Source of the DNA: an uncultured delta proteobacterium | GTDB lineage: Bacteria; Desulfobacterota; Desulfobacteria; Desulfobacterales; JAFDCJ01 | Direction: 5' to 3' | DNA length: 64,000 nt | NCBI GenBank assembly: GCA_963769935.1 | Contig: CAVYNY010000028.1 | Span: 64,001 to 128,000 of the forward strand | In this document: positions 35,776 through 44,878 of the stretch, one piece after another | Position numbering within the stretch: position 1 is the first letter of the stretch | Layout of the letters: each line of letters opens with the position of its first letter | Position numbers and translations under genes: made by a program | The notes under the pieces: generated by a model | The model's database searches: none | Seen by the model: the letters and a program-made list of their open reading frames with translations, nothing else | What the model was told of the DNA's origin: nothing

Positions 35776-36612
35776 TTAGAGTTCCATCAACTGTCCCCCC
35801 GTCACATTAATAGCCTGGCCGGTCATGTAGGAAGATTGGCTTGAAGCCAAAAAGGCGACCAGGTTCGCCACTTCCTGCGAGGAGCCGAGGCGGCCCAGGG
35901 GGATGGTCTGAACCATTTCCGCTTCGCGGGCCTCTTTGGTAGAATTTAAAATGCGGGCTTCCAAATCGAAGCGCCATTTGGTGAAGTCGGTGCTGATAAC
36001 GCCCGGACAAACGGCATTGACCCGGATATTGCTGCCCGCCAGTTCCCGGGCCATGACTTTTGTCAGCATGACGACACCGGCTTTGGCAACTGCGTAGGCT
36101 CCGTTGAACAGCGGAGGTACCTTGGCGGCCCTGGAGGCAATATTTATGACAGAACCACCGGTATCAATCATCAAAGGGATAACGGCCTTTGAGACCCGAA
36201 AAACGCCGTTCAGGTTAACATCCAGCGTCTTGAACCAGGCATTATCGTCATAGGTGTGAATGGCACTGGGAACCCCAAAAACAGACCCCGCATTGTTGCA
36301 TAGAATCTGCACATTTTTAAACTGTGACTTGATCAGCCCCACCATCTGCTCTATGGATGAATTTGCAGTCACATCCACAGCAACAAAAAGGGCCTTAATT
36401 GCAAATTGCCTGGCCAAATCCTCGGCCAGGGCTTCCATTTCTTCGCTATTATCCGAAACTTGCGGCTGGTCATCGCCTCCCACTTTTAATAGATCGGCAA
36501 TAATTATATCAGCACCGCTTTCGGCCAGCTTATGGGCAATCGCATAACCGATGCCGGATTTTTTCCCGGAGCCCGTTACCAGAGCCGTTTTGCCTTTTAG
36601 ATCTTGATACAT
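35776..36612 (-). CDS. SDR family oxidoreductase
   Basis: TGSGKKSGIG, NNAG, YAVAK, NAVCPG, YMTGQ. Confidence 0.92.
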   Translation of the reverse strand: MYQDLKGKTALVTGSGKKSGIGYAIAHKLAESGADIIIADLLKVGGDDQPQVSDNSEEMEALAEDLARQFAIKALFVAVDVTANSSIEQMVGLIKSQFKNVQILCNNAGSVFGVPSAIHTYDDNAWFKTLDVNLNGVFRVSKAVIPLMIDTGGSVINIASRAAKVPPLFNGAYAVAKAGVVMLTKVMARELAGSNIRVNAVCPGVISTDFTKWRFDLEARILNSTKEAREAEMVQTIPLGRLGSSQEVANLVAFLASSQSSYMTGQAINVTGGQLMEL

Positions 36613-36807
36613 AAAGAATTTCTATTGGGAACACGGGAGCTTGTCAACACAAATTCCGGGGCTTTTTCTAACTTGACTGTTGGTAAGATTTTCTATAGCC
36701 TAACCAGGTATTATATAATAGGCTATGTCGTTTTAGAGAAAATCCGCCCAGACGGACAACTGCCTGCATAAAGTGAGCCTCAATTAATTATTATTCGGAG
36801 ACGGATT

Positions 36808-37281
36808 ATGAAACTTTCGACAAAAACGAGATATGGCACACGTTTGATTCTGGATATGGCCCAGCATTACGGTCAAGGGGCTATTCAGCTGGGCGAAATA
36901 GCCAACCGGCAAAATATTTCCCTGAAGTATCTCGAGCAGATTATCCGACCGTTAAAAAAGGCCAATTACGTAAAAAGCTTTCGGGGGGCCAAGGGAGGCC
37001 ACATGCTCACAAAACCCCCTGAAAAGATCTCGGTGGGCGAAGTCGTCGCTGTGTTGGAAGGCGGAAAAACACTGGTGCGCTGTGAAGATAACCCGAAAAA
37101 TTGCGAGCGTGTCGTCTCATGTCTGACACGCTATCTATGGCTGGAAGCGGCCGATGCCATGTTTCAAAGGCTGTCTTCGATTACATTTGCCGATCTGCTG
37201 GCGATAAAAAAAGATATCTGCAAAGAAGGACGGATCGATTTTAGAGCTGCTGCCGGGGAAACGAATCCCACTGCTTCCTGA
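36808..37281 (+). CDS. Rrf2 family transcriptional regulator with three C-terminal Cys (IscR-like)
   Basis: MKLSTKTRYG, YLEQI, RGAKGG, C-x6-C-x5-C. Confidence 0.9.
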   Translation: MKLSTKTRYGTRLILDMAQHYGQGAIQLGEIANRQNISLKYLEQIIRPLKKANYVKSFRGAKGGHMLTKPPEKISVGEVVAVLEGGKTLVRCEDNPKNCERVVSCLTRYLWLEAADAMFQRLSSITFADLLAIKKDICKEGRIDFRAAAGETNPTAS

Positions 37282-37332
37282 ATGGGTACGTATCTTCCAA
37301 TAAGCTGCCTTACAGCAGGCCCATGTGGGGAG

Positions 37333-37776
37333 TTATATTTTTTTCCCGTTCTCCAGAATACCCTTCAATTTGAGCATGTCATTTCTCAACTGTGTACATA
37401 TTTTACGTTTTACGATTATCTTGCCCAAACTTAAAAATCCCAGATCAAGCTCCGCAGCTGTCGTAAACATAGTTGAACCGTTCTGGCCTTCAAAAAAAAA
37501 GCTGCTCTCACCGGTAATGGTGCCGGATGTAATTCGGAAGGAGCAGGCTCTGTCAGGCACATACTCGGTTATAACACCTTCGGTTTCGATGCGCTTGCCC
37601 ATAAACCGATTCACACAGCGATAGGTTGAACCGAGTTCGAAGGGGCCTTCGGAAGTTATCGCCAATTCCAGAATATCGGTTTGCCATTTGGGATTATTAT
37701 TAATATTTGTAACAAATTCAAATACTCTTCCAACCGGCTGTTTAATAACCACACTGTTTTCAAACTTAATCATCAA
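37333..37776 (-). CDS. SRPBCC/polyketide cyclase family protein
   Basis: VI..PV..VFEFV....N.PKW, VITEYVPDR, L.KLK.ILE. Confidence 0.75.
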   Translation of the reverse strand: MMIKFENSVVIKQPVGRVFEFVTNINNNPKWQTDILELAITSEGPFELGSTYRCVNRFMGKRIETEGVITEYVPDRACSFRITSGTITGESSFFFEGQNGSTMFTTAAELDLGFLSLGKIIVKRKICTQLRNDMLKLKGILENGKKI

Positions 37777-38090
37777 AAAATCCTTTATCTAACAACCGCA
37801 GCATTTAGCATCACAAATAGAAATTATAAGCCTCTTTCCGTCGATTTTCAAGAATTGTTGCCTCTGATACCTTAATTGCTCCGTCCTGAAAAAAAACGAA
37901 TTAATCCGCTGGACCTTTGATTTAAAAACCTTCTTCAGTTGCCCAAAAGCAAATTTTAACCCTGAATGGGCTATTTTTCAGGGCGGAGTAATTAGACGGA
38001 GGCAATTTCGTTCTGGTGTTTTAACAACACTTCTGCTAAACATAATAGGTATTACAGACAGCAATTTCATGATCAAATCGGAGTGAAGCG

Positions 38091-38597
38091 ATGACTGAAA
38101 CTTTTAGTCGCCTTCTGAGGAGCGGGCGATGGATAGTTATTTATCTGGCCCTGAGCGCGATGGTGTCAAATGTAAAGGCCCTGGAAATACCCGGTATCGG
38201 TACCATAAATCTGCCGAGTTTCAAATACGGCAAACTCCAGCGCGACCGGGATGTGAACAACCTGTTCCAAAGCTATGAAGTTCTCCCTGACCATAAATAT
38301 TACACGTTTGGTAAGGCCGACATTCCTTATGCCATTATCGGTATCCAGAATAAATATAAACTCCGGCCGGGAACTTGGCAGCAAATTAAGCCGACCACCC
38401 CTCTATTAAGGGGCTGGGTTTCTAAAATGGACAATATCTATGGATATCCGCCCTATGGATCCATTATTCTGGATAATAATGGTCAACGAATCGGCGTCTG
38501 GTATTCGAGTAAACAGTGGACCACCGTCATCATCGAAGAAAACAATGAAGTTGCCATCCTGGCACCCGAGACCCCGGGGTTCCGAGGAGGCAAATAG
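38091..38597 (+). CDS. Hypothetical exported protein
   Basis: 168-aa ORF, GGAG RBS, N-terminal hydrophobic signal-like segment. Confidence 0.7.
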   Translation: MTETFSRLLRSGRWIVIYLALSAMVSNVKALEIPGIGTINLPSFKYGKLQRDRDVNNLFQSYEVLPDHKYYTFGKADIPYAIIGIQNKYKLRPGTWQQIKPTTPLLRGWVSKMDNIYGYPPYGSIILDNNGQRIGVWYSSKQWTTVIIEENNEVAILAPETPGFRGGK

Positions 38598-38630
38598 CAA
38601 AAGAATTCAGCCCGTAATTTTTCTTAATCC

Positions 38631-39632
38631 ATGATTAAGAGCCGATCCGATACCGAAGTGCTATACCGCTCGCTCCTGCAAAAGGCCGTGCGGCGCGGCC
38701 ATGTGGATCTGGTCTATACCACCAGCGCCCTGCTTGAAAGTTTGAGTTCAAAAGAGAAAGACTGGTACAGAACCCGGACGGCCATTATTACCTTTGAAGA
38801 ATGCTGGCCGCTTGGCAGCGAACTCATTTTCAACCGCAAATTTCACAGCAAAGTCGCCGCCTTGATTAAAGTGACAAAATCACAAAAATCAAGGGATGCC
38901 AGCGGGCTGGGTTATATGGCCTTTGCCCTGCATGAAGGCGACCCATCGATTTTCGATGGAAGCCCCGACGACAAACACCTCAGGATAATTGCCAATGCCA
39001 TCGAACGCCCTGATGATTTCTGGCACTGGATCGCAGCCCAAAAAATTCCCGAGGAGCGAACCGCGCTGGTTGAAAATGCCCAACGGTTTAAGAATGAGGG
39101 ATCACCACGGGATAAGGCAGTTTTGCAGGCAGCTGCCTATCTGGCCATAACCGCACAGCCTCCAGCCTGCCGGGAGTTGGCGCCATCGAATCAAATTTTC
39201 CCCTACTGGGTTGCCTTTGACCGTCACACGCCGGAAGGAAAACTTGTTTTGCGCGATGTGGCCAGGGATTTGCACATTCCGCTGCCACAGCTGGAGTGGA
39301 CCTGTTTTTATTTTGAAGGCGCTCTAACCAACGGCGAAATTCCATCAAAATGGTGGGAGCGGCATTGCCGATGGCGATTCAAGAAAGTTGGCCTGCCCGC
39401 CGAGGAAGCCCCCCTCCTGTGGGACCCTGCCAAATCCCAGGTAATTGAATCCCTGACCCGGGAGAGTCGTCGTCTGCAAAATGAACTTTATCGCTGGAAA
39501 TTCGCCAATCTTAAAGGCGTTGAATCCCTGAAACGGAAGGTTGATCTTTTTATCGAGCATTTCGAGGAGGTCCAGCGGGACCAGGTGGATTTGTTCGCAC
39601 GGTCCGACCTTGACAATTTTCAATCAGAATGA
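38631..39632 (+). CDS. Hypothetical protein with RarA/MgsA C-terminal-like helical motifs and no ATPase
   Basis: SLLQKAVRRG, R.AII.FEE, AFDRHT; no Walker A. Confidence 0.6.
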   Translation: MIKSRSDTEVLYRSLLQKAVRRGHVDLVYTTSALLESLSSKEKDWYRTRTAIITFEECWPLGSELIFNRKFHSKVAALIKVTKSQKSRDASGLGYMAFALHEGDPSIFDGSPDDKHLRIIANAIERPDDFWHWIAAQKIPEERTALVENAQRFKNEGSPRDKAVLQAAAYLAITAQPPACRELAPSNQIFPYWVAFDRHTPEGKLVLRDVARDLHIPLPQLEWTCFYFEGALTNGEIPSKWWERHCRWRFKKVGLPAEEAPLLWDPAKSQVIESLTRESRRLQNELYRWKFANLKGVESLKRKVDLFIEHFEEVQRDQVDLFARSDLDNFQSE

Positions 39633-39644
39633 CACATTTGATTT

Positions 39645-40511
39645 ATGAGCGATCCGATGATCCAGATTAAAGAACTACCCAATTTGACAAACCCTGTCCT
39701 GATCGCAGGTTTTGACGGCTGGGGAAATGCACTGAACGTTTCAAACGGCATGGCCGCCTATCTGATACGGCAACTCAATGCCCGGCACTTTGCCGATCTC
39801 GACCCGGATGCGTTTTACCGCTATGATGAACAGCGACCCGTTGTCAATATTGAAGATGGCCATCTCGATACGCTGACACCGCCGGGCGGCTCTTTCTATG
39901 CCGTCGAAACCGATGACGAGCAGAGCGATCTTGTCATTTTGAAAGCCAATGAACCGAATCTGCAATGGTTTAAATTTGTTGATCAATTGTTTTCGCTTTG
40001 CGGGAAGCTGGGGGTACCGACCATCATTACGTTGGGAAGCATGTACGACAATGTGCTGCATACCGATCGAATAGTATCTGGGGTGGCATCAACGCCGGGG
40101 AGTCTGTCTCATCTGAGCCAAAAGCGAATCAATCCAATATCCTACCGGGGTCCCAGCGCCATTCATTCCATCATCCAGTCCGAAGGAACCAAAAGGGGGT
40201 TTGAGTGCATCAGTTTGTGGACCCACTGTCCCTACTATCTGCAGGGCACCACCCATTTTGGGATTTTATCTTATTTAGGCAGGCTGATTGCCGAAATGGT
40301 AAATTTTCGGCTGGACACCCGGGATCTTGACAGCAACTGGGAAACGCTTGAAGAACAAATCAACAAGCTGATTGAAAACAATCTTGAGCTTCAGTCTTTG
40401 ATCAGCAATCTGCGCAAGGAAAAAGTTAAAGGCTCCACCGCAGGACTGCGTGGAACTGCCAAAAGCGATGAAAAGATAATTAACCTGCAGGATTTTTTGG
40501 ATCCAAAATAA
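39645..40511 (+). CDS. PAC2 (proteasome assembly chaperone-like) family protein
   Basis: LIAGFDGWGNA, FYRY..RP, EPNLQW, ITLG..HT, W.H.PYY. Confidence 0.85.
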   Translation: MSDPMIQIKELPNLTNPVLIAGFDGWGNALNVSNGMAAYLIRQLNARHFADLDPDAFYRYDEQRPVVNIEDGHLDTLTPPGGSFYAVETDDEQSDLVILKANEPNLQWFKFVDQLFSLCGKLGVPTIITLGSMYDNVLHTDRIVSGVASTPGSLSHLSQKRINPISYRGPSAIHSIIQSEGTKRGFECISLWTHCPYYLQGTTHFGILSYLGRLIAEMVNFRLDTRDLDSNWETLEEQINKLIENNLELQSLISNLRKEKVKGSTAGLRGTAKSDEKIINLQDFLDPK

Positions 40512-40555
40512 TATTGGAATAAACAGGGCCCTGAGCCGTAGCGGTCTTAACAAAA

Positions 40556-41287
40556 TCAACGGCGCCATCCGCTACCGGAACCCCTTCCGCTAAAACCGCC
40601 CTGTCCGTAAGTGCTTCCGCCGCGTGGTCCAATGCGGCCCACGCCGACAATGTCATCGCCGCGAGATTGCAGGTGGTTGTGATCTTGGTAGGTCCCCGGG
40701 CGATAGAACATTTCAACCTGGGATTTATTGCGACCGTCATTGGTGTAATGGCGGCCATAGCGTTTTGGGTAACCGTAGTGCCGGGATCGCGTCGCATCGG
40801 GCGGTTTTTTAAAGAAAATGCTGGCGGTATCATTGCGGTAGTATGACCGCCCGTAGAGAGGATCGGTGCAGCCGTTGTAATAGCCATAACACCCGTATCC
40901 GTAGCTTTGGAAAGTGAATCGGCTGTCTTCGGAATCTTCATTATATGACTCAGCGTCCCGCTGCGCTTCTTCCGCCAGACGGTCGGCTTGCGCCAGCTTT
41001 CGCTCTGCCTCGGCTTCGCGCAGTTCGAGTTCTGCTTCTCGTTGAGCGATTTCCAGACGGGTCAACTCCAATTGGTCCTGTCTTTCAGCCTCCGCTCGTG
41101 CGCGATCGGCCTCCTCATTATAGGGCTCCTCCTTGGTTTTCATCAGAATCCTGGAATTTTCAGGCGGAGCGTAGTTGCTGTAATGCTTGACGCCGTCTTT
41201 ATCGGTCCACTCATAAATGTCGGCAAACGCCGATGATGCAATAATAAAACTAACTGTAATGAGAAAATATATTTTAAAACCGTTCAT
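40556..41287 (-). CDS. DUF4124-domain exported protein with coiled coil and Gly/Arg-rich tail
   Basis: Signal peptide, then ADIYEWTDKDGVKHYSNYAP. Confidence 0.8.
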   Translation of the reverse strand: MNGFKIYFLITVSFIIASSAFADIYEWTDKDGVKHYSNYAPPENSRILMKTKEEPYNEEADRARAEAERQDQLELTRLEIAQREAELELREAEAERKLAQADRLAEEAQRDAESYNEDSEDSRFTFQSYGYGCYGYYNGCTDPLYGRSYYRNDTASIFFKKPPDATRSRHYGYPKRYGRHYTNDGRNKSQVEMFYRPGTYQDHNHLQSRGDDIVGVGRIGPRGGSTYGQGGFSGRGSGSGWRR

Positions 41288-41476
41288 GGGAGGCCTCCCT
41301 TCGGGTTTTATAACTGCAAATCCAGCCAATTTCAAAGGGGTTGCACTAAAATGTATTTAACATGAGCTTGGCCCCGGGCGCAAGTTTAATCGGGTGGTGC
41401 CGAGCCGGGCCCGAACTGGGCACGTTTTGTCCGCTGGCTATACACTTCAAGATAATCATATATTGGAGGGAGTGAA

Positions 41477-41788
41477 ATGAAAATAAAGATTGAGGGTCAA
41501 AAAATCATTAGCGCCGTCAAAAAATTAGACGGTATTGAAATCGTGTTGGAGAATCTTGAGGATGCCAGGGAGGCGATCCAACTTATTTTGCTGCGGACGG
41601 GACTATTTGAAAAGCATAAAGAGGTGGAACTTAAGGAGGTAAAGGTCACATCCTATCAAAAATATGAAACAACCGCCGTGGATTATAAAATGATATTCTT
41701 GCTGGAGTTTGTTTTTAAGGATGATACCGCTTTGGATGCCAAGGTATCAGTATTAAAGGAATTTCAGAGTTTTTTTAACAAAGTCTGA
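41477..41788 (+). CDS. Hypothetical protein
   Basis: 103-aa ORF with GGAGG RBS. Confidence 0.65.
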   Translation: MKIKIEGQKIISAVKKLDGIEIVLENLEDAREAIQLILLRTGLFEKHKEVELKEVKVTSYQKYETTAVDYKMIFLLEFVFKDDTALDAKVSVLKEFQSFFNKV

Positions 41789-41798
41789 GGGATAATTA

Positions 41799-42689
41799 TC
41801 ACCACCTCGCCTGGCGATCAATGGCCGCCGATATCATTTCCCAGGCCTCTTCGGCGGTTTCAACATATTTAAATAACTCTAGATCTTTTGCGCTGATGGT
41901 CCCCTCTTCCACCAGTGCGTTGAAATTGATAATCCGCTCCCAAAACGATTTCCCGAACAACAGCACGGGCATCGGCTGCACTTTCCCCGTCTGGATGAGG
42001 GTCAGGGCTCCAAAAAGTTCATCCAGTGTGCCGAATCCGCCGGGGAACGCCACCAGACTCTTAGCCCGCATCAATAGATGCATTTTTCGGATGGCAAAAT
42101 AGTGAAACTGGAAATTCAAATCCGGCGTAATATAGGCATTCGGCGTCTGTTCATGCGGCAGCACGATGTTCAGGCCGATGCTGGGCATGCCGGCTTCATG
42201 GGCTCCCCGATTGGCCGCCTCCATAATTCCCGGTCCGCCCCCGGTGATCACCACCAGCTTGTCTTTGCCGGTATTGCTGGAGATTAAACCGCCCAATTTA
42301 CGTGCTTCGTTGTAATAGCGGCTGTTTTCGAGAGCATGCCGGGCTGCCTCCAACTCTTTGGCCAACAGCGGATCGTTTTTATTCTTGCGGTATTCCGCCT
42401 GAGCGAATACCAGCCGAGCCTCGGCGGTTTCCGGGGCTACAATCCGGGAACTGCCGAATACCACCACCGTCGACTCGATGTGCTGCTCCTGTAAAATCAG
42501 CTCGGGCTTCAGCAGCTCCAGCTGCAACCGCACTGGTCGCAAAGCGTCGCGCAGGAGAAAATCCGGATCCTGAAAGGCCAAACGGTAGGAAGCTGATTTG
42601 CATTGCGGTGAGTCCGTGTGCAGCTGCGCAGATGCTGCAGCTTCCTTGGCCGATGGAAAGGGGCTTTTTATACGTGCACCTGTCGTCAT
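41799..42689 (-). CDS. LOG family (TIGR00730-like) nucleotide phosphoribohydrolase
   Basis: VFGSSR, TGGGPGIMEAANRGA, FAIRK, PGGFGTLDE. Confidence 0.9.
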   Translation of the reverse strand: MTTGARIKSPFPSAKEAAASAQLHTDSPQCKSASYRLAFQDPDFLLRDALRPVRLQLELLKPELILQEQHIESTVVVFGSSRIVAPETAEARLVFAQAEYRKNKNDPLLAKELEAARHALENSRYYNEARKLGGLISSNTGKDKLVVITGGGPGIMEAANRGAHEAGMPSIGLNIVLPHEQTPNAYITPDLNFQFHYFAIRKMHLLMRAKSLVAFPGGFGTLDELFGALTLIQTGKVQPMPVLLFGKSFWERIINFNALVEEGTISAKDLELFKYVETAEEAWEMISAAIDRQARW

Positions 42690-42892
42690 CCGAAAACCTC
42701 CTCTGAGTCATCCAGTCCGACAAGACCTGGCGATACACTTATCACCAAAACGGCCTTGAGAAAAATGGTTTTTTGACATTTTAAAACACCGCTGCATAGC
42801 CTTTGGTCAAAAATTCGATAGCCGGGGAGCACTGGCTGGCGGGAAAGATGTGTTCGGGTGGACCTTTTTTGACGTCGGGACTGCTCGCCGCA

Positions 42893-43246
42893 TTATCCCA
42901 TAATATTCAACGCGGTTCCTAAAATCTCATCCTGAGTTTGGATAACCTTCATATTGGCTTGGTAAGCGTGCTGGGTAACCATCATTTGCGGGAGTTCTTC
43001 CGTCAGATCCACATTGGAAGATTCTTTTTCGACCATTTGATCACCTGCGCGCTCTTGATACCGATGACCGGGAGTGTCGACCCGCCTTATATCCACCTGG
43101 ACGCCGCCGTTGGCACCTTCTTTCAGGGTAGCCTTGCTTTTTTTGAATTCATCGGTGTTAACGTTGGCGATGTTGTTGGATGTTACCTCCAACTGGCTAT
43201 TATAAGCCTGCAAGGCTGAAACGGTGCTGCTGACTGGTGAAATCAT
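42893..43246 (-). CDS. Small flagellar basal-body rod/hook-type protein (FlgC-like termini), orphan
   Basis: SNNIANVNT..FK N-terminal and SNVDL.EE..AYQAN C-terminal motifs. Confidence 0.8.
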   Translation of the reverse strand: MISPVSSTVSALQAYNSQLEVTSNNIANVNTDEFKKSKATLKEGANGGVQVDIRRVDTPGHRYQERAGDQMVEKESSNVDLTEELPQMMVTQHAYQANMKVIQTQDEILGTALNIMG

Positions 43247-43262
43247 AGAAGCGGTTTCCTTC

Positions 43263-43303
43263 AAAAAAAATCCCGCCGGATAGATTAAGATCACCTGGCG
43301 GGA
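43263..43303 (-). terminator. Intrinsic terminator-like hairpin
   Basis: TCCCGCC..GGCGGGA followed by T8 on the minus strand. Confidence 0.6.
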
Positions 43304-43525
43304 GAAATAAAAATATGATGTGATTAAATCTTATTTAAAGCTTCATCCCAGCGTCAAATTTAGACAACCCGAGTTGTTGAAGCGGATTTTAAACTTAAAC
43401 TTCCCTGGATGCCGTTTTTCTTGTGCGGCGCGATTCCTCATTCATTTAATGGTGAGAGCCCGACAAAGAAGATGCACGCGCATTTGAGAAGTTTCAGTTA
43501 CTATCAAAGATAGTACTTGTTTTGC

Positions 43526-43541
43526 AGCAAATTATATGCCA
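43526..43541 (-). promoter_or_regulatory. Sigma-54 (-24/-12) promoter TGGCATATAATTTGCT, with IHF consensus site at 43571-43583
   Basis: GG-N10-GC spacing exact; TATCAGATAGTTA matches WATCARNNNNTTR. Confidence 0.7.
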
Positions 43542-43663
43542 CTTCTTGGAATAATTAAAAATTTATTAAATATCAGATAGTTAACTATTCGTCTATAAAA
43601 GCTGAAACCTTTAAACCTGACAATTAACGTCATTTTTTTTGCCCTAAATTGTCACTATTGAGA

Positions 43664-43930
43664 TCATCGGAAAACAAACGGCGGGGAATCATCATCGGAG
43701 GCAGCCGCTTTTTGTCGGCGGGGCTTGGGTCGCAGATCTTTTTGCTTTTTAAAGCGCCTGGAAGTTGCCGCAAAAGGAGAAACCAGAAAAATAATCGGTT
43801 TGTACAGTAATTTTACTAACTGGAGCGCCACATAAAATAGCGCTATGCCAAACGCAACCTGCACAAATGTAGGTTGGGCGTCGACCCACACGCTGAATTT
43901 GTCCCATATATTTAAAATCCAATTTAACAT
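43664..43930 (-). CDS. Hypothetical small membrane protein
   Basis: 88 aa, hydrophobic core, basic tail ending PPFVFR. Confidence 0.6.
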   Translation of the reverse strand: MLNWILNIWDKFSVWVDAQPTFVQVAFGIALFYVALQLVKLLYKPIIFLVSPFAATSRRFKKQKDLRPKPRRQKAAASDDDSPPFVFR

Positions 43931-44026
43931 GGCTTCTGCGGTATAAATGATTTCTACGGATATCTTCTACCGCTGAAATAAGTGGATGTCAAGAAGGTGG
44001 ATAGGTTTAGCAGGGCTCCATTTTGG

Positions 44027-44153
44027 GTCAAAATTTTGACAATTTTCGGCCGGTCCAAGTCTGTTCATCTCTTTAGTATTATACTCAGCTTGCGTTAACT
44101 ATCCGTTTCATGGGGCATTTTTCGAAAACAACAATTTTGGCATACATATTGAA
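44027..44153 (+). promoter_or_regulatory. Sigma-54-like promoter TGGCATACATATTGAA (44138-44153) with upstream palindrome GTCAAAATTTTGAC (44027-44040) as candidate activator site
   Basis: GG-N10-GA variant; perfect 14-bp palindrome ~100 bp upstream. Confidence 0.55.
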
Positions 44154-44164
44154 TAGCTTGATTG

Positions 44165-44285
44165 ATACTTCGACGGCATGGTTACCCAGCTAGAATGCAT
44201 GCGCCGAATGTTCCGGTGAACTGATCAAAGCCGGAACTCTCCTCCTTTCATTGCCCCCGGGGCCTGACCCTCCCCGGGGGCCTGC
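44165..44285 (+). ncRNA. Candidate structured small RNA with exposed CCUCCUUUC
   Basis: Hairpins 44210-44237 and 44253-44281 (10-bp perfect GC stem) flank UCUCCUCCUUUC; directly downstream of the sigma-54-like promoter. Confidence 0.4.
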
Positions 44286-44344
44286 TAATCAAATTCAGTA
44301 AGTAATGAATCAGAATAACTTCTTGCAACGAGGTGACTTGAGTC

Positions 44345-44530
44345 ATGGTTTGTGTTTTAGAGTATGGCAGGAACATTGGAACTCTGAGAAATATTTTTCA
44401 GGATATGCAGCAAGCTGCAATTTTTGCCAAACAGATAATTGATTTGGCTGATGATAGGTACACCTGCATTGCCACCAATAAATGGTATTGCGAAGAAAAA
44501 AACGAGTATGTAGAAATCAAAGATCTGTAG
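44345..44530 (+). CDS. Hypothetical small protein
   Basis: 61 aa, GAGGTG RBS. Confidence 0.5.
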   Translation: MVCVLEYGRNIGTLRNIFQDMQQAAIFAKQIIDLADDRYTCIATNKWYCEEKNEYVEIKDL

Positions 44531-44659
44531 TCAGAGTTTAATCTTTTTAGGCGGCAGGCGGCAACTGCGCTTTTTTTCCTAAAGTTTCCGGCTGGCCAAC
44601 CGATATAAGAAATAACAGTGTGCTGGCGGGTACACTGTTATATATAATTCCTTAGGGTA

Positions 44660-44697
44660 AGGGGCGACTCCATGCGGGGTCGCCCCTATTTTTTTGT
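44660..44697 (+). terminator. Intrinsic terminator
   Basis: AGGGGCGAC..GTCGCCCCT followed by a T-run. Confidence 0.7.
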
Positions 44698-44878
44698 GCT
44701 TGACATTTTTCCCACATTGGTTGATCGGTATGTTGGACAGGACGGAGTGTGGCGTAAGGGGAACGAAATACTCCATCCGGGAAAATAAGCTCGCAAAGTT
44801 CCTGAATACTTGATCGCTCATTAAAAAATCATACCAGCCATCTAAGTTTAAAATCAAGTTCCGGCTGAAGGTGGTCGA

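Noticed and set aside
41288..41299. Palindrome GGGAGGCCTCCC covering the DUF4124 gene RBS
   Set aside because: Only a 4-bp stem is possible; too weak to claim regulation
43304..43510. c-di-GMP riboswitch upstream of the flagellar-like gene
   Set aside because: No GEMM-type GGCAAA/GAAA tetraloop-receptor pattern recognisable
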